Part shown: positions 37,608-47,618 of the stretch, one piece after another
Layout of the letters: every line of letters starts with the position of its first letter
Position numbering within the stretch: the first letter of the stretch is position 1
Assembly (NCBI GenBank): GCA_958296445.1
Contig: OY282565.1
Span: 440,458 to 504,457, forward strand
Direction of reading: 5' to 3'
From: an uncultured Dehalococcoidia bacterium
GTDB lineage: Bacteria; Chloroflexota; Dehalococcoidia; Lucifugimonadales; UBA3495
DNA length: 64,000 bases
Program-made: the position numbers and the translations under genes
The notes under the pieces: generated by a model
Database searches by the model: none
Told to the model about the DNA's origin: nothing
Seen by the model: only the letters and a program-made list of their open reading frames with translations

Positions 37608-38528
37608 ATGTCAAAAAAGCGGGATTTCACATCCGTCACCGATTTGTCCCCGGCGGAAACCCGGCGGCTGGTGCAGCGGGCCGCCGATGGCAAGGCCGCC
37701 GCCGGGCCGCCGGGCCGCGCCGCGCCGCTGGCCGGAAAGTCGGTGGCGCTGCTGTTTGAGAAGCCGTCGCTGCGCACCAAAGTCAGTTTTCAGGTCGGCG
37801 TGGCGCAGTTGGGCGGCTATTCCCTGTATCTAGGCGGCGAGGAAGTCGGCTTGGGAGCGCGGGAGCCCATTTCCGACGTGGCCCGTGTGCTGTCCGGCTA
37901 CGTAGACTGCATCGTGGCCCGCGTCTTTAGCCACCGGCACCTAGAGGAACTGGCCCGCTACGCCTCGGTTCCGGTGATTAACGCCCTGTCCGACTGGGAA
38001 CACCCCTGCCAGATTATGGCCGACCTGCTGACCGTTTACGAGCATAAAGGCGGCCTTGATGGGCTGACCCTGGCCTACATCGGCGACGGCAACAACGTGG
38101 CCCGCAGCCTGTGTCTGGCCCTGCCCGCGGTGGGAATGAGCTTCCATTGCGCCTCCCCCGACGGGTACGAACTGGACGCCGCATCGGTGGCCGCCGCCGA
38201 AGCCCGCGGCGGCCGGACGCGAATTATGCGCTCCCCGTCCGAAGCGGTAGCCGACGCCGACGTGGTCTATACCGACGTCTGGGCCAGTATGGGCCAAGAA
38301 ACCGAAGCGGCGCAGCGGCGCCAGCAATTCGCCGGCTACACCGTAGACCCGGCGCTGATGGCCCAAGCCCGCCCCGGCGCCCTGTTCATGCACGATATGC
38401 CCGCCCATTACGGCGAGGAAGTCCCGCCCGGTATGCTGGAGCATCCGCAGTCCGTAGCCTACCCGCAGGCCCATAACCGCCTGCACGCCCAAAAAGCCCT
38501 GCTGGAGTTCCTGCTGAACGACACCTAA
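37608..38528 (+). CDS. argF: Ornithine carbamoyltransferase
   Basis: FEKPSLRT, HPCQ, GDGNNV, YTDVWASMG and HDMPA (canonical HCLPA). Confidence 0.93.
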   Translation: MSKKRDFTSVTDLSPAETRRLVQRAADGKAAAGPPGRAAPLAGKSVALLFEKPSLRTKVSFQVGVAQLGGYSLYLGGEEVGLGAREPISDVARVLSGYVDCIVARVFSHRHLEELARYASVPVINALSDWEHPCQIMADLLTVYEHKGGLDGLTLAYIGDGNNVARSLCLALPAVGMSFHCASPDGYELDAASVAAAEARGGRTRIMRSPSEAVADADVVYTDVWASMGQETEAAQRRQQFAGYTVDPALMAQARPGALFMHDMPAHYGEEVPPGMLEHPQSVAYPQAHNRLHAQKALLEFLLNDT

Positions 38529-38539
38529 TCCCTAAACCT

Positions 38540-38625
38540 TTTCAACGCCGAGGACGCAGACAATTTATGACTCCCGGTATTATCTCTGCGCCCTCTGCGA
38601 ATCCTCTGCGCTCTCTGCGTTAAAA
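38540..38625. repeat. Family E repeat (AACGCCGAGGACGCAGA...CTCTGCG x3 TTAAA)
   Basis: CTCTGCG heptamers oppose CGCAGA; a related copy lies at ~40788-40870. Confidence 0.65.
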
Positions 38626-38662
38626 AAACCCGTTGTCAAAAAAACCGTCAAGGTAACAACCG

Positions 38663-40048
38663 ATGCCCCTGCCAATCATCGCCATTGTCGGACGCCCCAA
38701 CGTGGGCAAGTCATCCCTCTTTAACCGCATCGTCGGATGGCGGCACGCCATCGTGTCCGATGTGGCCGGAACCACCCGCGACCGGCTGATGGCCGACACC
38801 GATTGGGAAGGCCGCCGCTTTATCCTGCTGGACACCGGCGGGCTGGAGTCCGCCCCGGAGGGGCCGATTCGCGCCCGGGTCCAGGAACAGGCCGAAATGG
38901 CAATGACCGACGCCGACGTCATCATCCTGCTGGCCGACGTAGCCGACGGCGTAACCCCATCCGACATTATCGCCGCCGGACGCCTGCGCAGCGCCCAAAA
39001 GCCCGTGGTGCTGGCAGTCAACAAGGTGGACAACGACAACCGCGAATTCAACACCCCTGAGTTCTACCGGCTGGGAATGGGCGACCCCATCCCCATCAGT
39101 GCCTATCACAACTACGGAATTTATGAGCTGATGGAGCAGGTACTCGCCCATATCGAGGAGCAAGGCGATAGCAGCGAGGAAACGGAAACCGGAACCGGCG
39201 GCTACCCCGACTCCCCGGACGAAATAGAGGACGCCCCGCCGGATGCGGAGCTGAACCTAGCTATCGTCGGGCGCACCAACGTGGGCAAATCGGCGCTGCT
39301 CAACGCCATTCTGGGGCAGGAACGCTCCATCGTAAGCCCCACCGCCGGAACCACCCGCGACGCCATAGACACGCAGTTTTCCTACCGCGGCCGCGAGGTG
39401 GTGATGGTGGACACCGCCGGAATGCGCCGCCGCGGGCAGGTAGAGCGGGGCATCGAAAAGTACAGCGTCATCCGCGCCGTGGGCGCCGTTGACCGCTGCG
39501 ACATCGCCCTGATAGTAGTGGACGCCTCGGAACTGGCAACGGCGCAGGACGCCCACATCGCCGGGCTGTCTTGGGAGATGGGCCGCGGCGTCATCGTGGT
39601 AGTCAACAAGTGGGACCTGCGCGACGAGCAAGGCCGCTACGCCCGCGCCGAAGCCGAAGCGGAAATGCGCCAGCGCCTGCACTTTATGTCCTACGTGCCG
39701 GTGCGTTTCACCTCGGCCCTGCACCGACAAGGCATCGGCGGGCTGATGGACACCGCGATGGAGCTTTGGGACGAGCGCCGCCGTCTGGTAAGCAGCCGAG
39801 ACCTGCAATTTATGCTGGCCGACGCTATGTCCGAGCATCACCCCCCGATGGTGAAGCGCAACCGGGGCCAGCGGGCCCTAATCAACCGCGTGCGGCAAGT
39901 TGGCATAAACCCGCCCACCTTTCTGTTTACGGTCAATGACCCCCGGCTGATACACTACACCTATAAACGCTATCTGGAAAACCGCATCCGGGACGCCTTC
40001 GGATTCGACAGCACCCACCTGCGCCTAGTTTTCCGCCAAGCCGCCTAA
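38663..40048 (+). CDS. der: Ribosome biogenesis GTPase Der
   Basis: Two G domains (GRPNVGKS, GRTNVGKS), DTGG/DTAG and NKVD/NKWD. Confidence 0.97.
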   Translation: MPLPIIAIVGRPNVGKSSLFNRIVGWRHAIVSDVAGTTRDRLMADTDWEGRRFILLDTGGLESAPEGPIRARVQEQAEMAMTDADVIILLADVADGVTPSDIIAAGRLRSAQKPVVLAVNKVDNDNREFNTPEFYRLGMGDPIPISAYHNYGIYELMEQVLAHIEEQGDSSEETETGTGGYPDSPDEIEDAPPDAELNLAIVGRTNVGKSALLNAILGQERSIVSPTAGTTRDAIDTQFSYRGREVVMVDTAGMRRRGQVERGIEKYSVIRAVGAVDRCDIALIVVDASELATAQDAHIAGLSWEMGRGVIVVVNKWDLRDEQGRYARAEAEAEMRQRLHFMSYVPVRFTSALHRQGIGGLMDTAMELWDERRRLVSSRDLQFMLADAMSEHHPPMVKRNRGQRALINRVRQVGINPPTFLFTVNDPRLIHYTYKRYLENRIRDAFGFDSTHLRLVFRQAA

Positions 40049-40061
40049 TTTTCAGACAACA

Positions 40062-40781
40062 ATGAAACAGCTACCCTATCCGCTGCTGATTCAGGCCGCC
40101 GCCATTCCCCTGCTGGCCGGGGCGGGCGCCGCCGCCGTCCTGTACCTGCCGGGCCAGCCGCCCGGCTGGCAGTACGCCGCGGTCATTGTCCTGTCCTACC
40201 TGCTGGGGTCGCTGTCGTGGGGCTATATGCTGCTGCGCTGGCGGATGGGCGTGGACGTGCGCGGCTACGGCAGCGGGCGCACCGGAATGTCCAACGTGCT
40301 ACGAACCGGCGGCGGCAAAGCGGCGGCGGCAGTGCTGACCCTAGACGTCGGCAAGGGCGTGCTGGCCGTGGTTATGGCCCGGGAAATCACCGGCTCCAGC
40401 ACGGGGGAAGTGGCCGCGGCCCTAGCCGCCCTAGTAGGCCACAACTGGCCCGTGTTCCTAGGATTCCGGGGCGGCCGCGGCATCCTTACCGCCTTGGGCG
40501 GCCTTTCGATGATGACCCCGGTTCCGGCGGTAGTGGCGACCGCCAGCTTTCTGGCCGCCGCCTTCTGGAGCCGCTACATCTCCCTAGGCTCCATCATCGG
40601 AGTCTTGGCCGGGGCCGCGTCGCTCATCGGGCTGGCCCTGGCCGGCTGGTACTCCAGCACCTATATGCTGTTCGCCGGGGCCGCCACAGTAATGATAATC
40701 TGGCAGCACCGCGACAACATCCAGCGCATCCGCCAAGGCAACGAGCGACGGATGGGCGCCCCGGCCGCGCCGGTGGAGTAG
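40062..40781 (+). CDS. plsY: Glycerol-3-phosphate acyltransferase PlsY
   Basis: SYLLGS, GSGRTGMSNVLR, GHNWPVF and HRDNIQRI. Confidence 0.93.
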   Translation: MKQLPYPLLIQAAAIPLLAGAGAAAVLYLPGQPPGWQYAAVIVLSYLLGSLSWGYMLLRWRMGVDVRGYGSGRTGMSNVLRTGGGKAAAAVLTLDVGKGVLAVVMAREITGSSTGEVAAALAALVGHNWPVFLGFRGGRGILTALGGLSMMTPVPAVVATASFLAAAFWSRYISLGSIIGVLAGAASLIGLALAGWYSSTYMLFAGAATVMIIWQHRDNIQRIRQGNERRMGAPAAPVE

Positions 40782-40883
40782 GCATATTTCAACGCCGAGC
40801 ACGCAGAGGCCGCAGAGTATTTTGATTATCAGCCCAATCTCTGACTATCCGGCCCGGCCGCTGCGTTAAAACCGGATTTTCTC

Positions 40884-41903
40884 TTGGCATACCAAGCAGA
40901 ACAAGCAGGCCAGACGGTAATAGTCGGCGCAACCACCTGGGGAACCACTCTGGCCCTAGTGCTGGCCGACGAGGGGCGCCCGGTTACGCTGCTGGCCCGC
41001 AACCCGGCCGAAAGCGCCGGGCTGGAATCGGCCCGGGAGAACGCCCGCTTTCTGCCCGGCATAGCCTTTCCGCCCTCGCTGCGGGTATCGGCGGACGCCG
41101 CCGCCGCGCTGTCCGGGGCCGCGCTGGCCGTCATCGCCGTGCCGTCCCACCGGATGCGGCAGAACGCCCGCCGGATTAGCCCCCACCTAGCCGCCGATAC
41201 CGTAGTCGTAAGCGCATCCAAGGGGCTGGAGCTGCCCACCGCCCTGCGAATGAGCCAGGCATTGGCCGAGGAACTGCCCGCTAGTCTGCACCCGGGCATC
41301 TGCGCCCTGTCCGGCCCCAACCTAGCCAAGGAAATCGCCGACGGCAAACCGGCGTCCACCGTCATCGCCGGGGCCACCCCCGAGGCGGCGGAGCGGGCGC
41401 AGGCGGCGCTGCTGTCCAGCCGTTTCCGGGTCTACACCAGCAACGACCTGACCGGCGTGGAGCTGGGCGGCGCCCTGAAAAACATCGTAGCCCTAGGCGC
41501 GGGCATCTGCGACGGGCTGGAGTTCGGCGAGAACGCCAAAGCCGCGTTCATCACCCGGGCCCTAGCCGAGATTGCCCGCTTGGGCGTCGCCGCCGGGGCC
41601 CTGCCGCTGACCTTCGCCGGGCTGGCCGGGGTGGGCGACGTTATCGCCACCTGCGCCAGCCGCCTCAGCCGCAACCGCTACGTGGGCGAACAGTTGGCCC
41701 AAGGCCGTTCCTGGCCCGAAATCCGCGCCGCTATGGACAACGTAGCCGAAGGCGTAAACGCCACCGAAGCCGCCCTAAAAATGGCCGCCCCTCTCAGCGT
41801 CGAAATGCCCATAGCCCAAACCACCTACCGCATCCTGCACCAGGGCCTGTCCCCCCGCGAAGCCGCCGCCGAACTAATGGAGCGCCCCGTAGGCAGCGAG
41901 TAG
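40884..41903 (+). CDS. gpsA: NAD(P)H-dependent glycerol-3-phosphate dehydrogenase
   Basis: SKGLE, LSGPNLAKE, GGALKN and GLAGVGDVIATC. Start uncertain. Confidence 0.95.
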   Translation: MAYQAEQAGQTVIVGATTWGTTLALVLADEGRPVTLLARNPAESAGLESARENARFLPGIAFPPSLRVSADAAAALSGAALAVIAVPSHRMRQNARRISPHLAADTVVVSASKGLELPTALRMSQALAEELPASLHPGICALSGPNLAKEIADGKPASTVIAGATPEAAERAQAALLSSRFRVYTSNDLTGVELGGALKNIVALGAGICDGLEFGENAKAAFITRALAEIARLGVAAGALPLTFAGLAGVGDVIATCASRLSRNRYVGEQLAQGRSWPEIRAAMDNVAEGVNATEAALKMAAPLSVEMPIAQTTYRILHQGLSPREAAAELMERPVGSE

Positions 41904-41921
41904 CCGGGGGCCACCCCGCCT

Positions 41922-42037
41922 TTTGTCACCCTGAGCCTTTTGTCACCCTGAGCGAAGCGAAGGGTCTCACCGCCCAAGCCAAGATTCTTCGCTTTGCTCA
42001 GAATGACAGACAGCGGAAGTAATTTCGCAATTTTCCC
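41922..42037. repeat. REP-like family A followed by the TIR motif
   Basis: Palindrome, then GGAAGTAATTTCGCAATTTTCCC. Confidence 0.88.
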
Positions 42038-42039
42038 GG

Positions 42040-42540
42040 TTATTCCGCGGTGCTGCCGTCCCCGCCGTTCTGCCCGTTCCGTTGCCGCAGCCGCTCGTTT
42101 TCCGACTCAAGGGCATCAATGGTTTCCTGCATGGCGCGGATAACATCGCTCTGGCCCTGTTCCCCGTTGCCATTTGAGCGGTTGTTCATCTGGATCATCA
42201 GGGCTATCATTTCCCGATGCCGCCGGTTCTCATCCTCGCGCCGCCGAATCTCATCCTCGCGCCGCCGCTCCTCTTCCCTACGGAGTCGCTCCACTTCCTG
42301 GCGGCGCCACTCCTCTTCCCGATGGAGTCGCTCCTCTTCCCGGCGGCGCTCTTCCCGCCTTTCTTCGAGGAGTTCCCGATGACGGCGTTCCGCGCTGGAT
42401 TCCATTTCCAGATGGTCCCGCCGGCGTGCTCTGTTGTCGAAGTAGCCGGACAGCACTTGAGGCACCCCCAGAACAGCAAACATTATGGCGGCGTATGCGC
42501 CCGCCTGCATATACATTAACCACATAGGCATAGAATCCAT
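42040..42540 (-). CDS. Membrane-anchored charged coiled-coil hypothetical protein
   Basis: N-terminal TM segment followed by (RRREEE.)n heptads; TATAAT upstream. Confidence 0.65.
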   Translation of the reverse strand: MDSMPMWLMYMQAGAYAAIMFAVLGVPQVLSGYFDNRARRRDHLEMESSAERRHRELLEERREERRREEERLHREEEWRRQEVERLRREEERRREDEIRRREDENRRHREMIALMIQMNNRSNGNGEQGQSDVIRAMQETIDALESENERLRQRNGQNGGDGSTAE

Positions 42541-42667
42541 AATATACCCCAATTATAGTATATTGGTAGCCGGATAGATACAGGAAAGCGGCAGACTAGC
42601 CCCCCTACGCCCCCGCAACTAACCGCATAACACCCCTGTCGGCGCGAACCGGCCCGCCCCCCGCAAC

Positions 42668-43039
42668 TCAGCGCAGCCGCCCCAAGTCAAGGCCGGGCAC
42701 TCGCTCCAGCAGCCAGGCGGCGGCGGAGCGGCGGTGGCAGGGCGTCCCCGCCGGCTCAAAGCACAGCAGCGTAAAGTCGCCCGCGGCGGGCAGTCCCTCC
42801 AGAAAAGCGCGAAAGGCGGCGTCCTGCTGCCAAGTCGCATCCAGCTCGTCCCGATAACACGCATCCAAGTCGGCAAAACTCAGGCCGCCCTGCCGGTAGC
42901 CAGCCAGCAGAGCGCGGGACGGATACAACGCCGGCTGAACCTGCCAGTCGGCCTTGCGCCCCCGCGGATGCGCCCGCGATATGCGGTAACGCTCCCCAAC
43001 CCAATGCCCCGGTTCGTAAAAGCTGGCAGTATAGAGCAT
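42668..43039 (-). CDS. DUF488-like protein
   Basis: LYPS..LL and TLLCFEP...CHRR motifs. Confidence 0.65.
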   Translation of the reverse strand: MLYTASFYEPGHWVGERYRISRAHPRGRKADWQVQPALYPSRALLAGYRQGGLSFADLDACYRDELDATWQQDAAFRAFLEGLPAAGDFTLLCFEPAGTPCHRRSAAAWLLERVPGLDLGRLR

Positions 43040-43172
43040 TGGCCGCCCCTTATATCCTTATCAAAATTTGCTTTTACCCAGGTAGTACAGTAACATCAAT
43101 ATGCTTTGGCAATAAGCCACGTCAAGATACCCAGACCTCACACCCCAAATTGAAGCCCTGCCCGACGTTGAA

Positions 43173-43610
43173 TTGGTGTTTGAAAGCGTTGACGGCAAAA
43201 TATACCGCTACCGCATACACGGCGAGAGCGCCATAAACAGAGTTATCAAGAAAACAGGCGAGCCTATAATAAGCTCCCACTATGACGTATATATCCACGA
43301 AAACCGGCTGATCTACGCCAAAGACGCGCAGGTCAGGGATGACCCGGGCACGCGCTTCTTTCTGCACATAATCCCGGCTGACGCAAACGACCTCCCCGGG
43401 CACAGCCACAGCAGGGGCTATGACAACCTCGATTTCGGAGCCACGAACTGCGTCAGCCGGAGCGACGGGAAATGCGTTGCAGTGATTGAGCTTCCCGGCT
43501 ATGACATCAGCCAAATTCGCACCGGCCAGTACCGGCCTTATGCCGGATATATTCACTTCCTATCCGGCAAGCCCCCTATCTGGGAAGGCAGCTTCGATTT
43601 TCACCAGTAA
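43173..43610 (+). CDS. Hypothetical protein, possibly a remnant of a larger surface protein
   Basis: Protein-like motifs YDVY, FFLHI.P, DNLDF and LPGYDI..IRTGQY; no convincing start. Confidence 0.5.
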   Translation: MVFESVDGKIYRYRIHGESAINRVIKKTGEPIISSHYDVYIHENRLIYAKDAQVRDDPGTRFFLHIIPADANDLPGHSHSRGYDNLDFGATNCVSRSDGKCVAVIELPGYDISQIRTGQYRPYAGYIHFLSGKPPIWEGSFDFHQ

Positions 43611-43611
43611 C

Positions 43612-44691
43612 TCAGCCGCCCCGCCTCGACCATCCGCCCTTGGGCAAGCTCAGGATGAACGCCCGGCGGCGGCGAATGACGGGGCGGACTGTAAAGACCA
43701 CCGCGCCCACAATAATAACGCTGATATATGTAATAAAGCGGTCTACCAGCACCAGCGCCGTCGCCGATTCCTTGACCAGCGCCGCCAAGCGCACGGCCAG
43801 CCCGGCCACGCCCGACTCCACCGCCCCCACGCCGCCGGGCGTGGGAACCAGCGTAAGCATAGAACTGGCTAGGGTAAGGAATATCACCACCGCCGGATTC
43901 AGCTCAAACCCCAAAGCCATCGCCGCCAGATACATCCGGCCCGCCTCGGCCATCCACCCCAGCAGGCCCAGCACCGTCGTTTCCGGCAGCCGGTGCGACC
44001 CCACCATCGCCCCGTCGTGAAACCGCCGGTAATGGGGTGCCAGCCAGCGCGGCAACCGACGCGACAGCGGCCCCTGCGCCCACACCATAGCCGCCAGCAA
44101 CGCCGCCAGGGCCGCCGCCAGGGCCGCCGCCACGCCCAGCACGGCCCAGGCCACATTGCCGTCGCCCGCGCCAATCAGAAACGGCGCCACGGCCAGCAGC
44201 GCCAGCGCCACCAGCGCCGCGTCCAGCACCCGCTCGGCCAGCACCGTGCCGATGGTGCCGGAAAAAGTCGCCCCGTTTTCCTCTTGATACACATAGGCGC
44301 GAAAGGCGTCGCCCAGCCGCAGCCAGCCGATGGAGTTGACCACCCACCCCAGCAACACCAGTTGACTGCAATACAGCACGCCGGGGGTGCTGTCCCGCCC
44401 GTCCAGCCGGGCCGCCCGCAAAAGCAGTATCCGCCAGCGGGCGCCGCGAAATATAAAGGTGGTGTAGTGGACGGCAAAGGCCGCGGCCAGCAGCCAAGGA
44501 TTGGCCCCGCGCACCCGCTCCCAAGTCACCGCCAAATCAACGTCGAACCGGGTGACCAGAAACACCAGAAATCCCCCGGCCACCAGCAACGAAACCAGCG
44601 CGGGCAAGGAAAATATGCGCCGCCGCAACGACCCGAACCGCGCCGCCGGCCCGGCTTCCGGCCCCCCCTGCCCTTCACCACTAGCCGACAT
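43612..44691 (-). CDS. Lysylphosphatidylglycerol synthase TM / UPF0104 flippase-like protein
   Basis: RGARWR, RLGDAFRAY, ERVLD, PTPGGVGAVE and DRFITY. Confidence 0.88.
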   Translation of the reverse strand: MSASGEGQGGPEAGPAARFGSLRRRIFSLPALVSLLVAGGFLVFLVTRFDVDLAVTWERVRGANPWLLAAAFAVHYTTFIFRGARWRILLLRAARLDGRDSTPGVLYCSQLVLLGWVVNSIGWLRLGDAFRAYVYQEENGATFSGTIGTVLAERVLDAALVALALLAVAPFLIGAGDGNVAWAVLGVAAALAAALAALLAAMVWAQGPLSRRLPRWLAPHYRRFHDGAMVGSHRLPETTVLGLLGWMAEAGRMYLAAMALGFELNPAVVIFLTLASSMLTLVPTPGGVGAVESGVAGLAVRLAALVKESATALVLVDRFITYISVIIVGAVVFTVRPVIRRRRAFILSLPKGGWSRRGG

Positions 44692-44700
44692 CAAGCCCCG

Positions 44701-45154
44701 GCCCCATACTCGCCTTTGTCACTCCCGTAGGGGCGCACAGCCGTGCGCCCGTGCCCCCCGGCCCCATACTCGCCCTTGTCGCCCCCGTAGGGGCGCACAG
44801 CCGTGCGCCCGTCCCCCCCGGCCCATACTCGCCTTTGCCACTCCCGTAGGGGCGCACAGCCGTGCGCCCGTCCCCCCCGGCCCCGTACTCGCCTTTGCCA
44901 CTCCCGTAGGGGCGCACAGCCGTGCGCCCGTCCCCCCCGGCCCCGTACTCGCCTTTGCCACTCCCGTAGGGGCGCACAGCCGTGCGCCCGTCCCCCCCGG
45001 CCCCGTACTCTCCTTTGTCACCCTGAGCAACCACTTTGTCACCCTGAGCAAAGCGAAGGGTCTCACCGCCCAAGCCGGGATTCTTCGCTTTGCTCAGAAT
45101 GACAGGCAGCTTGCCCATAATGACAGACCGCGGAAGTAATTTCGCAATTTTCCC
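44701..45154. repeat. Five tandem ~60-bp units carrying REP family D (GTAGGGGCGCACAGCCGTGCGCCC), then a family A palindrome and the TIR motif
   Basis: Near-identical units at 44701, 44761, 44821, ~44880 and ~44940. Confidence 0.93.
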
Positions 45155-45198
45155 GTGACCGGCAGCCTGTGCAACCGGGCTTTGGCACCGGGCCATAA

Positions 45199-46098
45199 TT
45201 ACCGCAGTTCCCGGGGCATAGTAAAGGAAACGTCTTCCTCGACGCCGCTGATCATAGTCACCCGCTCCGGGGAAAGGGCCGCGATGACGCTTTCCACCAG
45301 CACCTCCGGGGTGGACGCGCCCGACGTTATCCCCACCTTTTCCGTGCCTACCAGCCATTCCGGGGCGATTTCCTCGGGGCCGTTAATCAGATAGGCCGGC
45401 ACGCCCTGGGCCGCCGCCACCTCGCGCAGCCGGTTGCAGTTGGAGCTGTTCTGCGCCCCGATGACCAGCACCAAATCCACGCTGCCCGCCATCCGGGTCA
45501 CCGCTTCCTGCCGGTTGGTGGTGGCGTAACAGATGTCGTTGCGAACCAGTGCCTGCGGAAACCGCGTCTGGATTGATTCAATGGCCCGGGCCGTATCGCG
45601 CACTGAAAGCGTGGTTTGGGTAAGAACCGCGATTTCCTCATCGTCGCCCCAGCCGGGCAGCTCCGCCGGGGCGTTATCGTCAACCAGCGTCATCTCCACC
45701 TGCCCCATAGTTCCCCGCACCTCCTGATGCCCCCGGTGGCCCACCAGCAGGACGCGCCGCCCCTCGCGGCTGTACTTCTTGGCCTCGTTGTGGACGCGGG
45801 TCACCAGCGGGCAAACGGCGTCAATGACGTGCAGATTGCGGGCCTTGGCCTTCTCGAAATCCTCCGGCGGCGAGCCGTGGGCCGAAAACACCACCAGCGA
45901 ACCCTCCGGCACCTCCTCGATTTCCTCCACGGTGATCGCCCCCCGGCTCTCCAGCTCATTGACCACATAGGGGTTATGGACAATCTGATGCTTGACATAC
46001 ACCGGCGGCCCATAACGCCGCAGGCAAACATCCACCACATCAATAGCCCGCACCACTCCGGCGCAAAACCCCCGCGGCGAACTAAGCAAAACCTCCAA
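45199..46098 (-). CDS. ispH: 4-hydroxy-3-methylbut-2-enyl diphosphate reductase
   Basis: PRGFCAGVVRAI, IVHN, SAHG, CPLV, ICYATTNRQ, SSN and GASTP. Confidence 0.97.
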   Translation of the reverse strand: MEVLLSSPRGFCAGVVRAIDVVDVCLRRYGPPVYVKHQIVHNPYVVNELESRGAITVEEIEEVPEGSLVVFSAHGSPPEDFEKAKARNLHVIDAVCPLVTRVHNEAKKYSREGRRVLLVGHRGHQEVRGTMGQVEMTLVDDNAPAELPGWGDDEEIAVLTQTTLSVRDTARAIESIQTRFPQALVRNDICYATTNRQEAVTRMAGSVDLVLVIGAQNSSNCNRLREVAAAQGVPAYLINGPEEIAPEWLVGTEKVGITSGASTPEVLVESVIAALSPERVTMISGVEEDVSFTMPRELR

Positions 46099-46172
46099 AC
46101 CGTCCCTCCTATCCTTAAAAAACCGGCCCTCAAAACCGGCCCTTGTCGCCGGGGATATGATAGCACAGCAAC

Positions 46173-47279
46173 CTACCCGTCATTAACCAAACAGTAACTG
46201 GTGCTGCGCCCACCCTCCGTGCTGCGGGCCAGAATGCCCCGCTCAACCAAGCCTGAGATGTCCCGAAAGGCGGTGACTTGGGAGCACTTACCTATTTTTG
46301 CCCATTTGGACGTAGTGAGTTTGCCCTGGAAATCTCCCAGCAACAAATTGATTACCTTGCTCTGCCTTTCGTTGATAGGAACCCCTGCGATGCGCTCCCA
46401 GAACCGCGCCTTGTTCAGCGTAGCGGCCAGAGTAGCATCCGCGCTTTCTATGGCCCGGCTCAGGCAAGCCACAAACCACATCATCCATTCGGTGACGTCC
46501 GTCAATCCCTTTCCGGTACTTTCCAGAACATCGTAGTATGAATTGCGCTCCAGACGAATTTGGGATGACATACTATAGAAACGTTGCGAAATACCTTCCG
46601 AGCGGGCCAGAGCCATGTCCGTTATGGCCCGCGCAATGCGTCCGTTGCCGTCATCAAAGGGATGTATGATAACGAACCACAAGTGAGCCAAACCTGCCAC
46701 CAGCACCGCGTCGGTGTCGGCGGGGGCGTCGAACCAGTCAAGAAACGCCCGCATTTCTTCCTCTACCCGGCCAGGGGACGGGGCCTCATAATGCACCCGC
46801 TGCCGCCCCATAGGGCCGGATACAACCTGCATTCCCTCAGTTCGGTAGCTGCCTACCGTCATCCCGCTCGGCCCGCTCCACACGGAAGGAAACAGCGCGG
46901 CGTGCCAGCCGAACAGCCGCTCATCAGTAAGGGGCCGGGCGTAATTCTGCGTGGCGTCCAGCATAAGCTCAACGATGCCTTCCACCCCGCGGTCAGGAGG
47001 CCGCAGACCGCCAATGTCCATACCAAGCTGCCGGGCTACCGAGGAGCGGACTTGCCCGGTGTCCAGAAATTCACCCTCAATCTCGCTGCTCTTCACCACA
47101 TCCGAAGTCAGCGTCTCCAGCATAGCCTCCTGCTGGAGACTGAAACCGATGGACTCCATGCGCCCGATTAGCCGTCCCTGCTTGTGGCGCATTTCCGCCA
47201 GACTGCGGGCCAGTTCCTCACCCCCCCAGTGCAGGCGAGGCCATTCAGGTTGTTGGTGGATGTATATTCTTTTCATCAT
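46173..47279 (-). CDS. Fic-family protein (DUF4172 + Fic + HTH)
   Basis: SSEIEGE and an intact Fic motif HPFDDGNGRIAR. Confidence 0.93.
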   Translation of the reverse strand: MMKRIYIHQQPEWPRLHWGGEELARSLAEMRHKQGRLIGRMESIGFSLQQEAMLETLTSDVVKSSEIEGEFLDTGQVRSSVARQLGMDIGGLRPPDRGVEGIVELMLDATQNYARPLTDERLFGWHAALFPSVWSGPSGMTVGSYRTEGMQVVSGPMGRQRVHYEAPSPGRVEEEMRAFLDWFDAPADTDAVLVAGLAHLWFVIIHPFDDGNGRIARAITDMALARSEGISQRFYSMSSQIRLERNSYYDVLESTGKGLTDVTEWMMWFVACLSRAIESADATLAATLNKARFWERIAGVPINERQSKVINLLLGDFQGKLTTSKWAKIGKCSQVTAFRDISGLVERGILARSTEGGRSTSYCLVNDG

Positions 47280-47321
47280 TTGGAATAATTATACCCTGTA
47301 TTCATTTCATTAGCAATTTCA

Positions 47322-47452
47322 AGATTTACCGGATTTAAGGATTTTCAGAATTTCCCCATCCCTTTAATCCCTCAAATCCGGTAAATCCTGATTCAGACAA
47401 AATCCGGCCAATCCCGAAAATCCTCAAATCCGGCAAACCCTGCCACAGACAA
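47322..47452. repeat. Degenerate family B repeat
   Basis: GGATT/AATCC 9-mers and AATCCTGATTCAGACAA. Confidence 0.75.
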
Positions 47453-47618
47453 AAATCCAAAGATTCCCCCCAGCCCGCCGCCCCGCCCCTACCCGCCCCG
47501 CCGCAGCCGTGTGCTATAATCCCCCCGCGTGTTCAACCCCCTTTCCCATCCTTCCCCGGGGCCGCCTTCGCGCCGAACCGGCCCCGGACTCAGCATCCCC
47601 GTTGGCAGGAGGCCGGAG

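Noticed and set aside
44701-45010. Possible CRISPR array (60-bp period with a palindrome)
   Set aside because: The intervening sequences are near-identical rather than unique spacers, no cas genes are present, and the palindrome is a dispersed GTAG-type REP.
44501-45358. Repetitive ORFs over repeat clusters (also 1422-1634, 37073-37300, 61637-61953)
   Set aside because: Translations of REP-like repeats (ILRFAQND, LLRMT, ILKILIQT).
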